Positions 35,840 through 48,464 of a stretch of 64,000 nt of DNA are shown here, piece after piece. Within the stretch, counting starts at the first letter, position 1. The number at the start of each line of letters is the position of its first letter. The stretch comes from Selaginella moellendorffii (Eukaryota > Plantae > Lycopodiophyta): positions 3,601,969 through 3,665,968 of the forward strand of contig NW_003314269.1 of the NCBI RefSeq assembly GCF_000143415.4, read 5' to 3'. The translations under genes and the position numbers were made by a program. The notes below the pieces were generated by a model, which saw only the letters and a program-made list of their open reading frames with translations, searched no databases and had not been told where the DNA came from.

Positions 35840-38637
35840 ATGGCGCAGCACGGCGAGGAGCTCGCTATGGCTTCCGAGGCCGCGATCGAGCAGCACCAGG
35901 TAGCCGGCCTCAGCTTGCTCTTGCAGATCGTGATGCTGGGATTCGCCTTCGTCCTCGGCCATGTCCTTCGCCGCCACAAATTCTACTATCTCCACGAAGC
36001 CAGCGCCTCGCTGCTCATAGGTTCGTGTGCCAGCATTCTCAGAATCTCTAGATATTTTCTCGATATTTTCTTCCCTCTCTCAATTCTTGTCCAATTAGGC
36101 ATCATCGTGGGAGGGATCGCCAACGTCTCAAACAAGGAGATGAGTTTCAAGTATGGACTGCTCTCTTGTTTGCAAAGTTTCATTGATCCTCGATCGCAGG
36201 AGATGGTTTAACTTCAACGAGGAGTTCTTTTTCTTGTTCCTTCTCCCGCCGATCATATTATATCCTTTTTGTCAGCATGTTCACAGTGAAATCTAGTGAT
36301 CCTTGACACACAGAATCACCCAGTCAGGCTTCAACCTTTATGCTGTAAGTAGCTTTCTTCTCTACGTCAGGGAAGAATAAATTCTATTGCGCTGACGACA
36401 CTCGGATGTACCAGAAACCGTTCTTTTCAAACTTTGGAGCGATTTGCGTATTTGCGATTGTGGGAACTTTCGTGGCCTCCATGGTGACAGGAATTTTGGT
36501 GTACGTACTATGCTTACCCGTGCTGCTTGAGTAATTTACATTGTGTGTTTTGCAGTTTCCTTGGAGGACTATTTTTTCTCATGTACAAACTCTCATTCCT
36601 TGAAAGCTTGCTGTTCGGTTCTTTAATTTCAGCTACCGATCCTGTGACCGTACTTGCAATCTTCCAAGTATGTCCATAGCTACTTTCTAGTTTGTCCAAA
36701 CTGACTCTCTTTTCAGGAGCTCGGGACTGATATGAACTTGTATGCTCTTGTCTTTGGAGAGTCTGTCTTGAATGATGCTGTAAGTTAGTCAGGCTTGGAC
36801 CCATTCTCTAATGTTTCTATCTTATTTCTGATTTTGCGCAGATGGCTATTGCGCTTTACAAGTAAGTCGTCTTCACAAAATTTCCGGGACTTTAGTTACA
36901 GTTGAATGCAGGACGTTAATGAAGTTTTGGCATGATCCTTCCGCAAACTACAGCTTCACGGTTGCTGTTTCGAGCTTTTTGCAGACGTTCGTAGGATCTA
37001 TGGGAACAGGTTAGTTTGCTTGATTCGTGTCTCTGCCTTATGCTGTTGATTTTACAGGTGTTGTTGTCGCATTATGCTGCGCTTTGATATCCTTGGAAAT
37101 CGTTTGTTTTCTTTCTTTTTATGTGTCAATTCCTTGACAGCAGAACACCTATTCAAGTACGCTGGGCTTTCTGTCAACAGGTAGTATACTTGTTGAACAG
37201 ATATACATTCTAAATATTGGGCTTTTGTGCTGCAGCCTTCATAATCTGGAATGCTGTCTGTTCGTCCTTTTCCCGTACTTTTCGTAAGTTTTTTTTCCAG
37301 CATTACACAAGATCCTATGCTTGTTTTCCAGGTTCATGCTAGCGGAAGGGCTTGGACTTTCGGGAATCATAGCCATTCTCTTTTGTGGCATTGTGAGTTT
37401 GTGGTCTTTAGGTTTCACCTCTAATGCCTTCTAGCAGCTCATGAAGCATTATGCGTTTCAAAACCTGTCTGAACCTGCTCAAGCTTTTACGCGAGGATTT
37501 TTCCAATTAATCTCGTCTTTGGCAGAAACATTTTTGTGAGTCCTCCTTATATTTCTCCGAGTTTTACCCTTAATTTCAGGTTCATCTACATGGGCCTGGA
37601 TATTGCGACCGAAAGTCATACCTGGTCTCACGTGGGATTCATCTTTTTCTCTATTGTATCCTTTCTCGTTTTGCTATTTATTCTTGGACGTGTTCCTTGA
37701 CTGAGAGGGCACCTGCAGGTGTTTATCCTGGCAGCAAGGTATTTCTCGTGGAAGATTTTACATTGCTAATGCTATTGTTTTTCCAGAGCAGCTAACGTGT
37801 TTCCTTGCGCATACTTGATCAACTTGATCCGGCCTGTTGCAAGGAAAATACCTCTCAAGCATCAGAAGGCCCTTTGGTTTAGCGGTACGGAGCTGTTAAG
37901 CACGGCAATTGTGATCTTAACTGATGGTTTTTATTGATAGGCTTGCGAGGCGCCATGGCGTTCGGGTTGGCTTTGCAGAGCAAGCGTGATTTACCAACAA
38001 AATCTAATGGTGAGACGATATTCACCACTACAACAGCTATTGTCGTTGTCACGGTATGTATATTTCGCGTTTTCCTACGAAATTCAGCAATCTTCATAGG
38101 TCCTCTTCATTGGAGGCTCAACATCAACAATGCTGGAAAAGCTGGAAGTCGTTGGGGATGATTATGCGGCTCTAAATGTAGAGGTGAGCTGCCTTTCACT
38201 ATTTAGATTGGAAGAAAGGGCCTCTTTTATGCGCAGATTGGAAACGACAATAATTTGGAGCTTCATAGCCCGACAAGCTCGAGATATCTAACGTAAGGAA
38301 AGACTGTTACTTCCCTATAGTTTGTGCTGACCATTTTCTTTCACAGCTCGCCTTTCACAGCCTTCGACAAAAACTTTCTCAAGCCAATTTTCACGAGCCA
38401 CGTTGATGATGAGGACTTTGGTCTTTTTGACGCTGGTAAGGCACAATCTCTGCTATCGCCGGTCACGCTAAGAAGAATTTACTCTTGTGGACAGTGGACC
38501 AGAATCACTCTTCCGACAATCAGGCGGTAGAAATTCAGAGATCTCTCATACGACGAACAGAGAACGAGGATCGCCATTCGGAGAACGGTAGAAGCACAAA
38601 AGCCATAAGAGACACTGGACGATTTAGAAGCTTTTAA
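35840..38637 (+). CDS. NHX6: Endosomal-class Na+(K+)/H+ exchanger NHX5/NHX6-like
   Basis: [76 protein letters not shown] and GLRGAMAF. About 20 short exons, including three U12 introns. Confidence 0.93.
36260..36319 (+). other. U12-type AT-AC intron in NHX
   Basis: 5' ATATCCTTTT, branch TCCTTGAC, 3' AC. Removing it restores LPPIIF-QSGF. Confidence 0.92.
37087..37148 (+). other. U12-type AT-AC intron in NHX
   Basis: 5' ATATCCTT, branch TTCCTTGAC, 3' AC. Removing it restores CAL-LFKYAGL. Confidence 0.92.
37656..37718 (+). other. U12-type GT-AG intron in NHX
   Basis: 5' GTATCCTTT, branch TTCCTTGAC, 3' CAG. Removing it restores FIFFSI-VFILAAR. Confidence 0.88.
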
Positions 38638-38749
38638 AGAACGTGTAATACCAAATACCTTGTAACCATTTCCTCTGTGAAGGGACGAAAAGTTGACGGA
38701 GATTGGTATGCTAGGGGTTTCCTTGATAAATACACACTTGAAGTGCCTT

Positions 38750-39490
38750 GTACATATACTTTGATGCTTTCCTTTATCTTACCGAGAGTATGCAAGCCGT
38801 TTAGTTTCGTCTAGGCTCTCATCCCGCGGGATCGTCTGACGTGCGAGCCGAGTCGGTTTCCAATCCATTGGCGTGAACATAAACTGTAGAGAACTTAATT
38901 CTGCCAGCATTTTCCTTGCTTTTTCTTTCTTCATACTTGTAAAAAGCCGAAGAAGAAGAAGTAGCAGCCTTGCCTTACAAAGGGCTTCAACATCTCGGCT
39001 CTACTGAGAAACGAGTGCAAAACTACGCCATCGGGGAAATCTCCCATCTCCCTGTTATCTCTCCCTTTTGACGTCAAATGGCGAGCGACAAAAGAAAACA
39101 TAGAATAGCAAGAGTTTCTTGAGAAGATGTTGCCAATGCCCGGACACAGCGCATAGACGCCGGCAGATGAAGCTCAAGTTGCTGCTTTAAGACTTAGAAA
39201 ACTCTTCGAAGGAAAGAGCGCACATAACTGGGTGCTTTCGTCACCCTGTCGCAAAAACGTTTTCTACAAGAAGAAACACTGTCATGAAGAACAAGTTACA
39301 CCTTTCCAACAGCAATCCACTTTAGGACAGCCGGTCCCATGATCGAGGCAAGAAAAGACTTTGTGCTTCTGACAGAAATTCTTCAACCTAGAGAAACTCT
39401 ACAAACTCTAGAGCAAGAAGTCAGCCAATCAAGGCAGGAAAGAAAGGAAAAAAACCGCTAGTAACGACTAGAAAAGCTGGATCCAAAGAG
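38750..39490 (-). pseudogene. Decayed partial duplicate of the neighbouring TatD gene
   Basis: 38889-39056 aligns with 41255-41423. Further collinear blocks match 41018-41050, 41487-41650 and 41700-41965, including intronic sequence. Deletions and frameshifts are present. Confidence 0.85.
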
Positions 39491-39799
39491 AACCAAGTCT
39501 GGTGATGGCTGCACGCGAAGCATACTCTGCTATAACTAAGCTTTCTTTTGCTAGATTGTGGAAGAAAATATCAATGCAATCAAGCCATTCATTGATGAGC
39601 AGGAAGGATCAAAAGATTTACCTGCTGTTGTTAAAGCTCCAAATCGTTGTATTTCCTCCTGGTAGATGACTCCGGAAATTTATTTGCCCACTCGACCATT
39701 TGTGGAGGTGCTCGAGTGGGAAGATAGAGATAGCTTGACTAGTACAAAAAAAAAGTAAGACTAGCAACGATTTAAACATTAGATTAAGCATAATTAGCA

Positions 39800-40760
39800 T
39801 ACTCAACCACTCCAAAGCAGATTTATAATTAATAATATATTTTATGCTATTAAATTTTTTAATATTATTCTACAATAAAGAAAAATTAAGAGTGACATAT
39901 TAAATATAAGTAATTTATAGGCAAGAAAGAAAATAATTGGTCAAATTTTCATATGTATATGTTTATCATTTTTATTTCCAACAACTATCATTAATATAGA
40001 CATCCGAATCTGATGCTAAATAATTTTTATTTTAATTTATAATGCCTTATCGTCATGATATTTCCATTACCATAATATTTTATAATTTTATTATAATTAA
40101 AAATATTTTTTGCTTAATTCCATAACCTACATTCTTCAAATAAAATATAATTCAAAATCACTTAAAAAACATTTCAACTCAGAAAAACTCTATTTTCATT
40201 CTTGGCCTATAACCTCTCAACTCCTTTATATATATATTTGAAGTAGCAATCAGTATAAATGTTAAAAGTAAATAAATTTTTTTGTCACTCATTATTATTA
40301 ATTCTTTTAGAAATTAGTGAAATTTTTTCATTATTTATAATATATTTATTCCAATTTATACAAATTAATTTTTTTTGTCCGGGTGCGGGTAGTCCGCATC
40401 TTCGCAGACATGTTTATTTCACCGTAGTTACTTCTTTAAATGCTAAATAAAACTATTAAAATATAAATAAATCATAATTTACACTAAATTTATTATACCA
40501 TCTTATTATATTTTAATTTAATTTATTTAATATAATTCAATAAGAAATATTCAAGAGCTAGGCTAAATTTATTTTGTTAGAGTAAATATTTTGAATTAAT
40601 GAAAACACTCTTGCAACTACAATTAGATTTAACTTTCCTTTTCTATTATTTATTTTATTGCATTATTTATAAATATATTAATAAAGTTTAATTTAATTTA
40701 ATTTAAACTAAAAATATTCAAATAATCAGAAACTAATCCCTTACAAGTAAAAAACATTGA
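39800..40760. other. Extremely AT-rich island between the TatD pseudogene and TatD
   Basis: Abrupt compositional shift to almost pure A/T with no credible ORF. Possibly a non-autonomous TE. Confidence 0.4.
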
Positions 40761-40876
40761 ATATATTAGAAATAATTGAATTGGTAGCTTCCAGATGCAA
40801 GTGTTGCTTGTTCTGCAATGTCAGTCCAACTTTACCTGTATTGGGCATTTCTTTTGGTTTTTTCTTTCTTTTTTCT

Positions 40877-42265
40877 TTAATTTACTTTGGAACCCTCGTA
40901 GCTAAATACACGTTTGGCATTCTTGAAGCTGGCAGCTGAGAGCTCGTCTTTCGAGAGGCCCTTGAGTTGAGACACCCATGAAAGCACCTGAAAACATATA
41001 TACATAGACATGGCCTGTGATGTTTTCCTTGCTCTTACCGAGAGTATGTTGGCAGGATGGTTTAGAGCTTTCGACTTTGCAAGCTCCTCCAGGCTCTCGT
41101 CGGCTGGAGATCCCGCAGGATCGTCTGGGATCCACGAGAGCATGCTGGAATCCACAACAGGGAGCGCGTCGGGAGCGTCTGTTTCCAGAAGAATTCGATC
41201 CATTGGCACCTGAGCTCGAGGTAAGCATAAACATGTAGAAGAACATGGCTTATAGAGAACTTACTTCTGCTAGCATTTTCCTTGCTTTTTGTTCCTTCAT
41301 GCTCGTTAGAAAGCCGGAGAAGGAAAAGTAGCAGCCGTGCCTTGCAAAGGGCTTCACCATCTCGGCTGTACCGAGAAACGAGTGCAAAATGACGCCGTCG
41401 GGGAAATCGCCCATCTCCCTGTTTTGACGTATGATAGCTCAACGTAGAGAAGCAAACGGCGAGGGAGAAAAGAAAAGAATTCTTACTTGAGAAGATGCTG
41501 AAGCTGTCCGAATGCCCGGACGCAGTGCACAGACACCGGCCGATGAATTTCTCGAGCTAGCTCAAGTTGCTGCTTTAAAACTTCAATCTGGTTTCACCAG
41601 ATTCTAAGAAACAAGAAAAGTCTTCGAAGGAAAGAGCGCACCTGAGTGCTTTCGTCAGTTTGCTTTCCACGGGTTCCCATGTCAAGCCCCACCTTGACAA
41701 GCCGGCAAACGTTTTCTACAAGGAAAAACATTGTCATCAAGAACAAGTTATACCTCCCCCACAGCAGCGGAAGGATCCGAAGAAAGCATCGACTTTAGAT
41801 TTGACAGCCAGTCCGATGATCGAGAGCTGACATACCTGCGAACGCCAAGCAAGAAATTTTTTTGATACCACTTCACGAAGAACAGTGTGCTTTTTTAGAA
41901 CTCGACAGAATTCTTCTAAAACTTTAGAGCAAGCAGTCAGCAAAGAATAAGGCAAGAAAGAAAGCTCAGCAGTGGCTAGAATTTTCGCTCCACAGAGAGA
42001 ATCTAAAGAAGAATACCATGGATGGAGGCCATAGTTTGGAACCACGGATGAGTGGCTCTCGCCCAGCGTCTTGACTGTCGTCCAATCCTCCTAGAAATGA
42101 ACAGGTTCTTATCCAACAAGGAGAAACTAGAGATGGATTTACCTCGGAGGTGCCATTCACCGCAAACCAGCGCACTCCGGCGTCCGCGGCAGATTGGATG
42201 AGCTGCGGCACACAGTGCGCCACTCGCGGATCATGCAAGTGGCAGTGCGCGTCAAAGAGCGGCAT
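40877..42265 (-). CDS. TatD: TatD-related metal-dependent DNase
   Basis: MPLFDAHCHLHD, GLHPW, AVGE-VGLD, VSVHCVRAFG, ILHSFLG and RILLETDAPD across about 8 exons. Confidence 0.92.
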
Positions 42266-42635
42266 TTTCTTCGCTCTAATAACCTAAACAAAAACTAGTT
42301 CTTGACGTGCTATCATCAGCTCATTCGGTGATTCACCTAAAGGTGGCAAAATTCTCAAAGAGATCCTCCTCACAAAATCTATACTACCGTAACAACACGC
42401 AGGGCAGCCAATTTCATGTCCCGAGCCTTTGCAAGTTCCGTTCGCGTCTTCCTCGCGCGGGGCGCACAGTCACGAAGGGATTTCGATACCTCGAAGGAAG
42501 ATTTCTTTCAAAGAATTTATCCGCTCTTTATTCTGCTGTCATCGGTCTGTTCTCTAACAAAAATGAAGCTTGCTGCGAGCAGCCGTGTGCTGTAGTGTGT
42601 GATCCTCCCCTCTCTTTCTTTCAGGTTCTTAGCGT

Positions 42636-44523
42636 TCAAGGCTTGAATGGAGCGAAGACAACGACGGAATTGTGTCCACCGAATCCAAACGAGTTCGAAA
42701 TAGCTGCACAAAATTTGAACGTGAGCACACTAGCTTCGAGAGAGAGAAACGCAAATTGCGACTCACCAACGTTTACTTCGTGCTGTTTCTTCACGTTTGC
42801 GACGCGATCAAATGGCACGGAGGGCTCTGGGTCCTAGACAAAGGAGAAAAACGAGGCAGTGTTTAACTTAAGTAGCAGCAAAAGCTTACGAATTGGTTGA
42901 TTGAAGGATGGAGCCAGCCAGTGGTAATGGCTTTGATCACGGCAATCGCCTCCAGTCCACCAGCGGCCCCGAGACAGTGGCCGATCATAGACTGCATCAA
43001 ATAGATTTTTGATAACGTATCTGCAAGAATACGATATGCTACTAACCTTTGTTGCATTTATCTTTATGTCGCTGGATTCGCTGAAGACCTTCTTGATGGC
43101 ATTGATCTCGGCCAAGTCGCCGACCACCGTTGAAGTAGCATGAGCGTTGATGTAATTTACCTGGACAAAGTCGCAGGCGACAAAAAAATGGCGAAATGTC
43201 TTTATAAGAAACAAAAAAGAAATGTCTTTTACCTCCTCGGGAGAAACTCCGGCATCTTCGAGGCTTTTCGAGATGCAAGTTGACACGCCCAGACCATCCG
43301 CCCGAGGATCTGTCATGTGGTGAGCGTCGCAAGTTACCGCACCACCAAGATACTCGCCATAGATTGGCGCTCCACGCTTCATGGCATGCTCTAGGCTCTC
43401 CATCACCTGCAAAGAGAGCTTATAATCGATCACCGAGTACAGAAAGCATCACGGAACTTACCAAAACTCCAGAGCCTTCACCCATGACAAATCCTTCTCG
43501 GCCTTTGTCCCACGGTCTCGACGCGGTCTGTGGATCGGAGTTGCGTTGCGACAACGCTCTGCATGCGACAAAGCCACCCAAGCCGACTGGAATGATCGCT
43601 GCTTCGGTGCCTCCGGCCACCATCACGTCAGCTTCACCTCTACGAATGGAGTTTGCTGCCGCATAGAAGCAGTAATTCGAGGTGGCACAGGCAGTAGAAA
43701 TCGAGTAGTTTGGCCCCATAAGTCCCAGCTCTATAGCCAGCAATGCCGATGCCATGTTGGTAATCGAGTAAGGAATGAAAAACGGAGTGATCCGTCTATA
43801 TCCCTTCTCGATCAGCGACTGGACTCCATCAGAGAAAACTGAGAGCCCTCCCATTCCGGAGCCAATGAGTACGCCCACTCTTTGCTTGTCAACCTGGTAA
43901 GAAAAATTGCTCCTTTAGAAAACAAGAACAAAAGAGAGAGGTTTGCTACCTTATCGAGCTTGTCTCCTCCAAGATCAGCGTGCTCCAGAGCTCTCTTTCC
44001 ACCAACAATTCCATACCTGAGGCAGTCATCCAGCCGGCGATCGTTCTTGCCATCAATGTAGCCTTTCGCCGAGAAGTCACGAATCTGTGCCGCAAACTTG
44101 GTAGGGAACTGGGAGGCATCGAAGCGATCGATCAGCCCGACTCCACTCTGCCCATCCAGGAGCTTGTCGTAGTACGTGTCCACATCGTTTCCAAACACCG
44201 AGACGAGTCCCATTCCCGTGATCACCACCCTCTTCTTGGGATCGGTCTCGCGCTTTGGAGCCGCGGCGGTGGCCGCCGACGCCATGGCACGGCATTTTCT
44301 AGCGCGGCCTGGCAGTGGGGATCGATCAAAAGCCCGAAATTTCCAGGGAAAAGCGCATGCATTGCATGAAGAACTCACCAATCTTGAGGCGACCCGCGGG
44401 CGGCAGCGGGGAATTCGAAGAAGCTCCTCCTCCTCCTCCAAGCGCGGCGAGATCGCGAGCTGGGACGAGCTCCGACTGGGCGAGGAATGCCGACGCCGCT
44501 GGTGCGTGGGGAGCCATCGCCAT
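42636..44523 (-). CDS. KASI: Plastid 3-ketoacyl-ACP synthase I
   Basis: Transit peptide, RETDPKKRVVITGMGLVSVFGNDVD, catalytic YSISTACATSN, YINAHATST, SMIGHCLGAAG and ISNSFGFGGHNSVVVFAPFKP. Confidence 0.95.
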
Positions 44524-44774
44524 GACCGCCTAGGGTATGAGCGCCTCGACGAGGAGAAAGAGTGGCGAGGCCCCGGGCTTTAGACGCAGCATGTAACAGC
44601 GGCCTCGATGGCCCGGCGTTATAGTCAAACCCCATCCGTCCACGTGTCCTTGGAAAGCTTGGAATGGCATCGTTTGATTCTATTTTATTTTATTTAAAAA
44701 AGCATTATAATTAGCAATTCTCACCAAATGCTTTTATTTTCTAGGAATTTTGGCTTGTAATTTCCACTTTTAAT

Positions 44775-45880
44775 CACTGGTGCTCCTCATCCTGGACAGT
44801 GCCGGCCAGCGTTGCAACCATGCTGTTGATCTCGTTCAAGCATATTGAGGCAGCAGTAATATCATAAGCTTGGGTAGTCTTCAGCGAATGTAGCAATGAT
44901 CTAAATGACAAGAACATACACTTGTATCATCGCTCCAAAGAAACGACTCAGCAACAAAGCAAAAGAAATAAATTGAGCATCAAGGAACTTGCTTCTCATC
45001 GTCTGGAAACGCATAGTTGTCCATGACACGCAAGGATGCCTTCAGCTGCCTCAATGATAGAGATGGTACCTTCTTGAGAAAAGAAGAAACTGAAAATGAA
45101 GCAAAAGAGAATAGACAAACTTACACTCGTCATTGTCGCTGGGATCCATAGGAGATTTGCACAATCGACTGGACAGAGTTTCTGGTGCTGAAGAGCTTCT
45201 AGGGACATGCGCCTTTGATGATCTTCACAGGACGCAGATGCCAAAGAAGACAGTCCTGGGAGACAAAGATTGAGGTAACAATAAAAACAAGAAAAATATC
45301 CTTGTAAGTAATAAACTTAAGCATTCCTTTGCAGTTAAAGCACCATACATCATGCCTGAGTTTGTAAGGGTAGTCAATAAGAAAATTAGTGAAGTACCTG
45401 ACTTATAGCTCCAGTGTGCTATGTGATTGACTACAGGTTTTTTTCCCCATGGAACGAGTGAGCGTCAAGGTAATTGGTGTCACTAGATGATAGGAATTCT
45501 GGTTTGCATCGCTTGCAAGAGAGAACCATTCTTTTCTCAAACCTTCTGTGTGCATTGATTTTTTAGACAAGGCGAGTGCAGACATTTTTGCTCCCACGTG
45601 CCTAACCTCCTCGTTACTACTCAAGCTTGTGAGAAGATCGAGCGTGTCTAGAAATGTGGTGGGAGCCTCAAACACCCTCACAACCTTCGTATCTATAGTG
45701 AATGGTTTAGCTGAGAATAAGAAAAAAAGCTCACCAATTGATTCGAATCCATGAGCCTCAAAGTTTGATCAATCCATTCTCCTGATGGAAAAAAAAACCT
45801 TCGATAGCCAAAGAAGCACATACAACCATATGTTTCAATCTAGAAGACGAAAAGGCTAGACATGGAAAATGTGTCCATCT
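44775..45880 (-). CDS. Putative multi-exon hypothetical gene
   Basis: Several open segments with GT/AG-like borders (~45690-45405, ~45260-45125, ~45075-44995, ~44900-44775 ending ...GTVQDEEHQ*). No recognised domain. Confidence 0.3.
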
Positions 45881-48464
45881 GCAGAAGCAGCATGAGTGTT
45901 TGGAGAGTTCAGCAATGTCGGATTTAGGGTTTTAAAGGGTATAATGGCATATTCATTTTTAAATCTCGCATTCGCCATCATCAAACTCCAGTTGTAAAAC
46001 TTGATTGAATCAGTGAAGCTGGAGGAAACTTGGCCATGACAAGCTCACCAGCCATTATGAAAACCCTAAATATACTCACCTACAGTATATAGGTAATTTA
46101 AAATTAGTTCATCTTTTACCTTTTTCTCCGAAAATGTTAGTATTTAAGATATTGTAATATTTACCTTCAAATAAACTTCAAATAAACTAAAGTAAGCTAT
46201 AAATCAAAGTACAACAACATCTCGAATAGTAATTTTTAATCCATTTGATTTCTCCTAATCTCCCCTTCCTCAAAATCCAAAGACCACTCTGGTAATGTAT
46301 CCACAAGATCTTCCTCTTTCTCCTCCCTCAATGCAGCATATGTGATTCTTGGTAAGACCCAGAACCAGCCTTCTCTTTTCATATATATATATATATACAT
46401 GTTCATGCTAATCTTATTGTGCCCAAATGAAGTCGTCTAATTGATTTTAACTCTCTTCACCTTGTCTTCTTGAGTTCTGATGTGTTCCATTTGGCATAAG
46501 AACCATGCCACAGTCTTCAGCAAAGCCATTGAGATGAGCACTATTGAGGTAGTTCTAGTATCTGAGCAATTACCAAAATGCTGTGCAGTGTAATTGCGTT
46601 CGTACATGTAACGAGATCAGGAAATTGCCCAAGGACGCGCATCCGCATAGCCAGGAAGAACAACCATCCAAAATAAGATTATGTAGAGGTCTTCTGTATG
46701 TATATTTTACCTGAGGAAAATTTGGTCACCATAGATTAATAATGAAAGAGAGGTAGATTTGGGTCCCATCCTTCACTTTGGCAATGAGACCTTATCCCTC
46801 TTGAAGGAAGGAAACAGAAGAGTTAGCTGCTACAAGTTTCACAAACTCTCATTGTTTCTTACGTTAAAACATGGCTCCACACTATGCCTAAAGTTGGCTT
46901 CTTTTGTTGATGGTTGTAGCTCATTGGTTTCAAGAACATCATTCAGCACATTACATTACAAATCCACGGATCAACCCACGGAAGGAAGCAAAGAATTTTT
47001 CAGGTTTGGTTTCTGTAAAAAGTTGCCTGGTAGCTACTTGGTCGTAAATCTGATCGTCCAATGTGAGCTGCCAGGAAATCTTGTTTAGAAGCTTCTCATT
47101 CCTGAAGGACTTTGTTAATAGGAAACTTGGAAGAAGCAGACACTCTGGAATGAAAAGCCTGTCCCAGCAAAGTGTGAAGGTTGAGACGACAGGTTCTGAT
47201 CGCTGCGATGGATTCGAACAGCCAAGTCTGGAAGAAAACTGACAGGCAAGCTTAGATTCCAGAGAAGTTTGTCTCTCTGCCACATTGACACCTTTTGTCC
47301 GGTGTTCACAACAAGAACAAGAAAATGGGAGAGAAGCAATCGGCGTGGCCTGCAAGAACAAGAACTACTAGTGCTTCCCGTGACCTTGATGAATCATCGT
47401 GTCTATTATAGAGATCGCACCGCAGCTTTTGGGGAAGTTACTGCTAATCCATTCGATCGATCTCTGGGAGTGCTGCTTTTGCACATGGCAAATGCACGCG
47501 AAGAGCTCGCTCGTCATCATCAGCATCGTCTAAGATCCGCACGGATTAAAAAAGAGCAACAGTACATTACAAAGGGGTCTATAATATATAGACATAGACA
47601 ATCTGATTGAAAACATGAGCTATAGAGCGATAAATATATGACACTTCCCAGGCCATGCGCAGGGCTTTGTCTCTTGCATGCCCAAAGCCTGCAAAGCAGT
47701 GGTGATACCTTTGGAAACATTAGCCAGCTTAAAGGAAGAAAACCTAATCTTTTATACAAAAGGTGGTGGAGGTTAAAAAGTAATGTGGGGTTTTTAGTTT
47801 TGGAGGCTGCCATCATCAAACCGTGTCAATCGACAAACTCCCACCGCATGACGCTGACCTCTGCCTCGAATTCAATCATACTACCACTTCAAGAAATTCT
47901 TTTTCATTCTTTTCTTTTCTCCTTCCTTTGCTGCTACCAGTTTTTGCCTTTCTTGGCCTACCACAGCGCTGTACCACACTGCAATTTACTAAATTTTTTC
48001 TAGATATATTTAAATCTATGAATAAAAAGTTAATAAATCTATGCTGTACCGCTCCTGGCTAAGTACCTTTACAAGTATCTCATGCTTCAAGGACGAATAT
48101 AAACTGACCATGATCAATTGCTGAATTAGTCATAAAAATATAATCACATATTGATAATAATAATAATATGGAAGTGATCCACAGCGCAGGACAGAAAACA
48201 GCGTTCGTTTCATTCACTTCCAGGCTCTCTCTGAAATCCAGGAAACCACCGAAGGAAGAGAAACGGAGAGGAGGGCGTAACAAAAGCCAGCAAACTGGAT
48301 GGGAAGGTACCTGTTTTGTCGAGAAAAGTATAATAAGTAACCACCAGCACGAAGTTCATCCATCTCTTCTGGGAAACCAAGAAAGAAACAAGCTCGATTC
48401 ATCGATCGACTGGATGAAGTGGGGAGAGAGAAAGTATCCAGGCCTGTGTGATGTCATCCGCGGG

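Noticed and set aside
46400-48100. Possible conserved miRNA precursor
   Set aside because: I found no match by eye to the conserved plant miRNAs I checked and no convincing hairpin.
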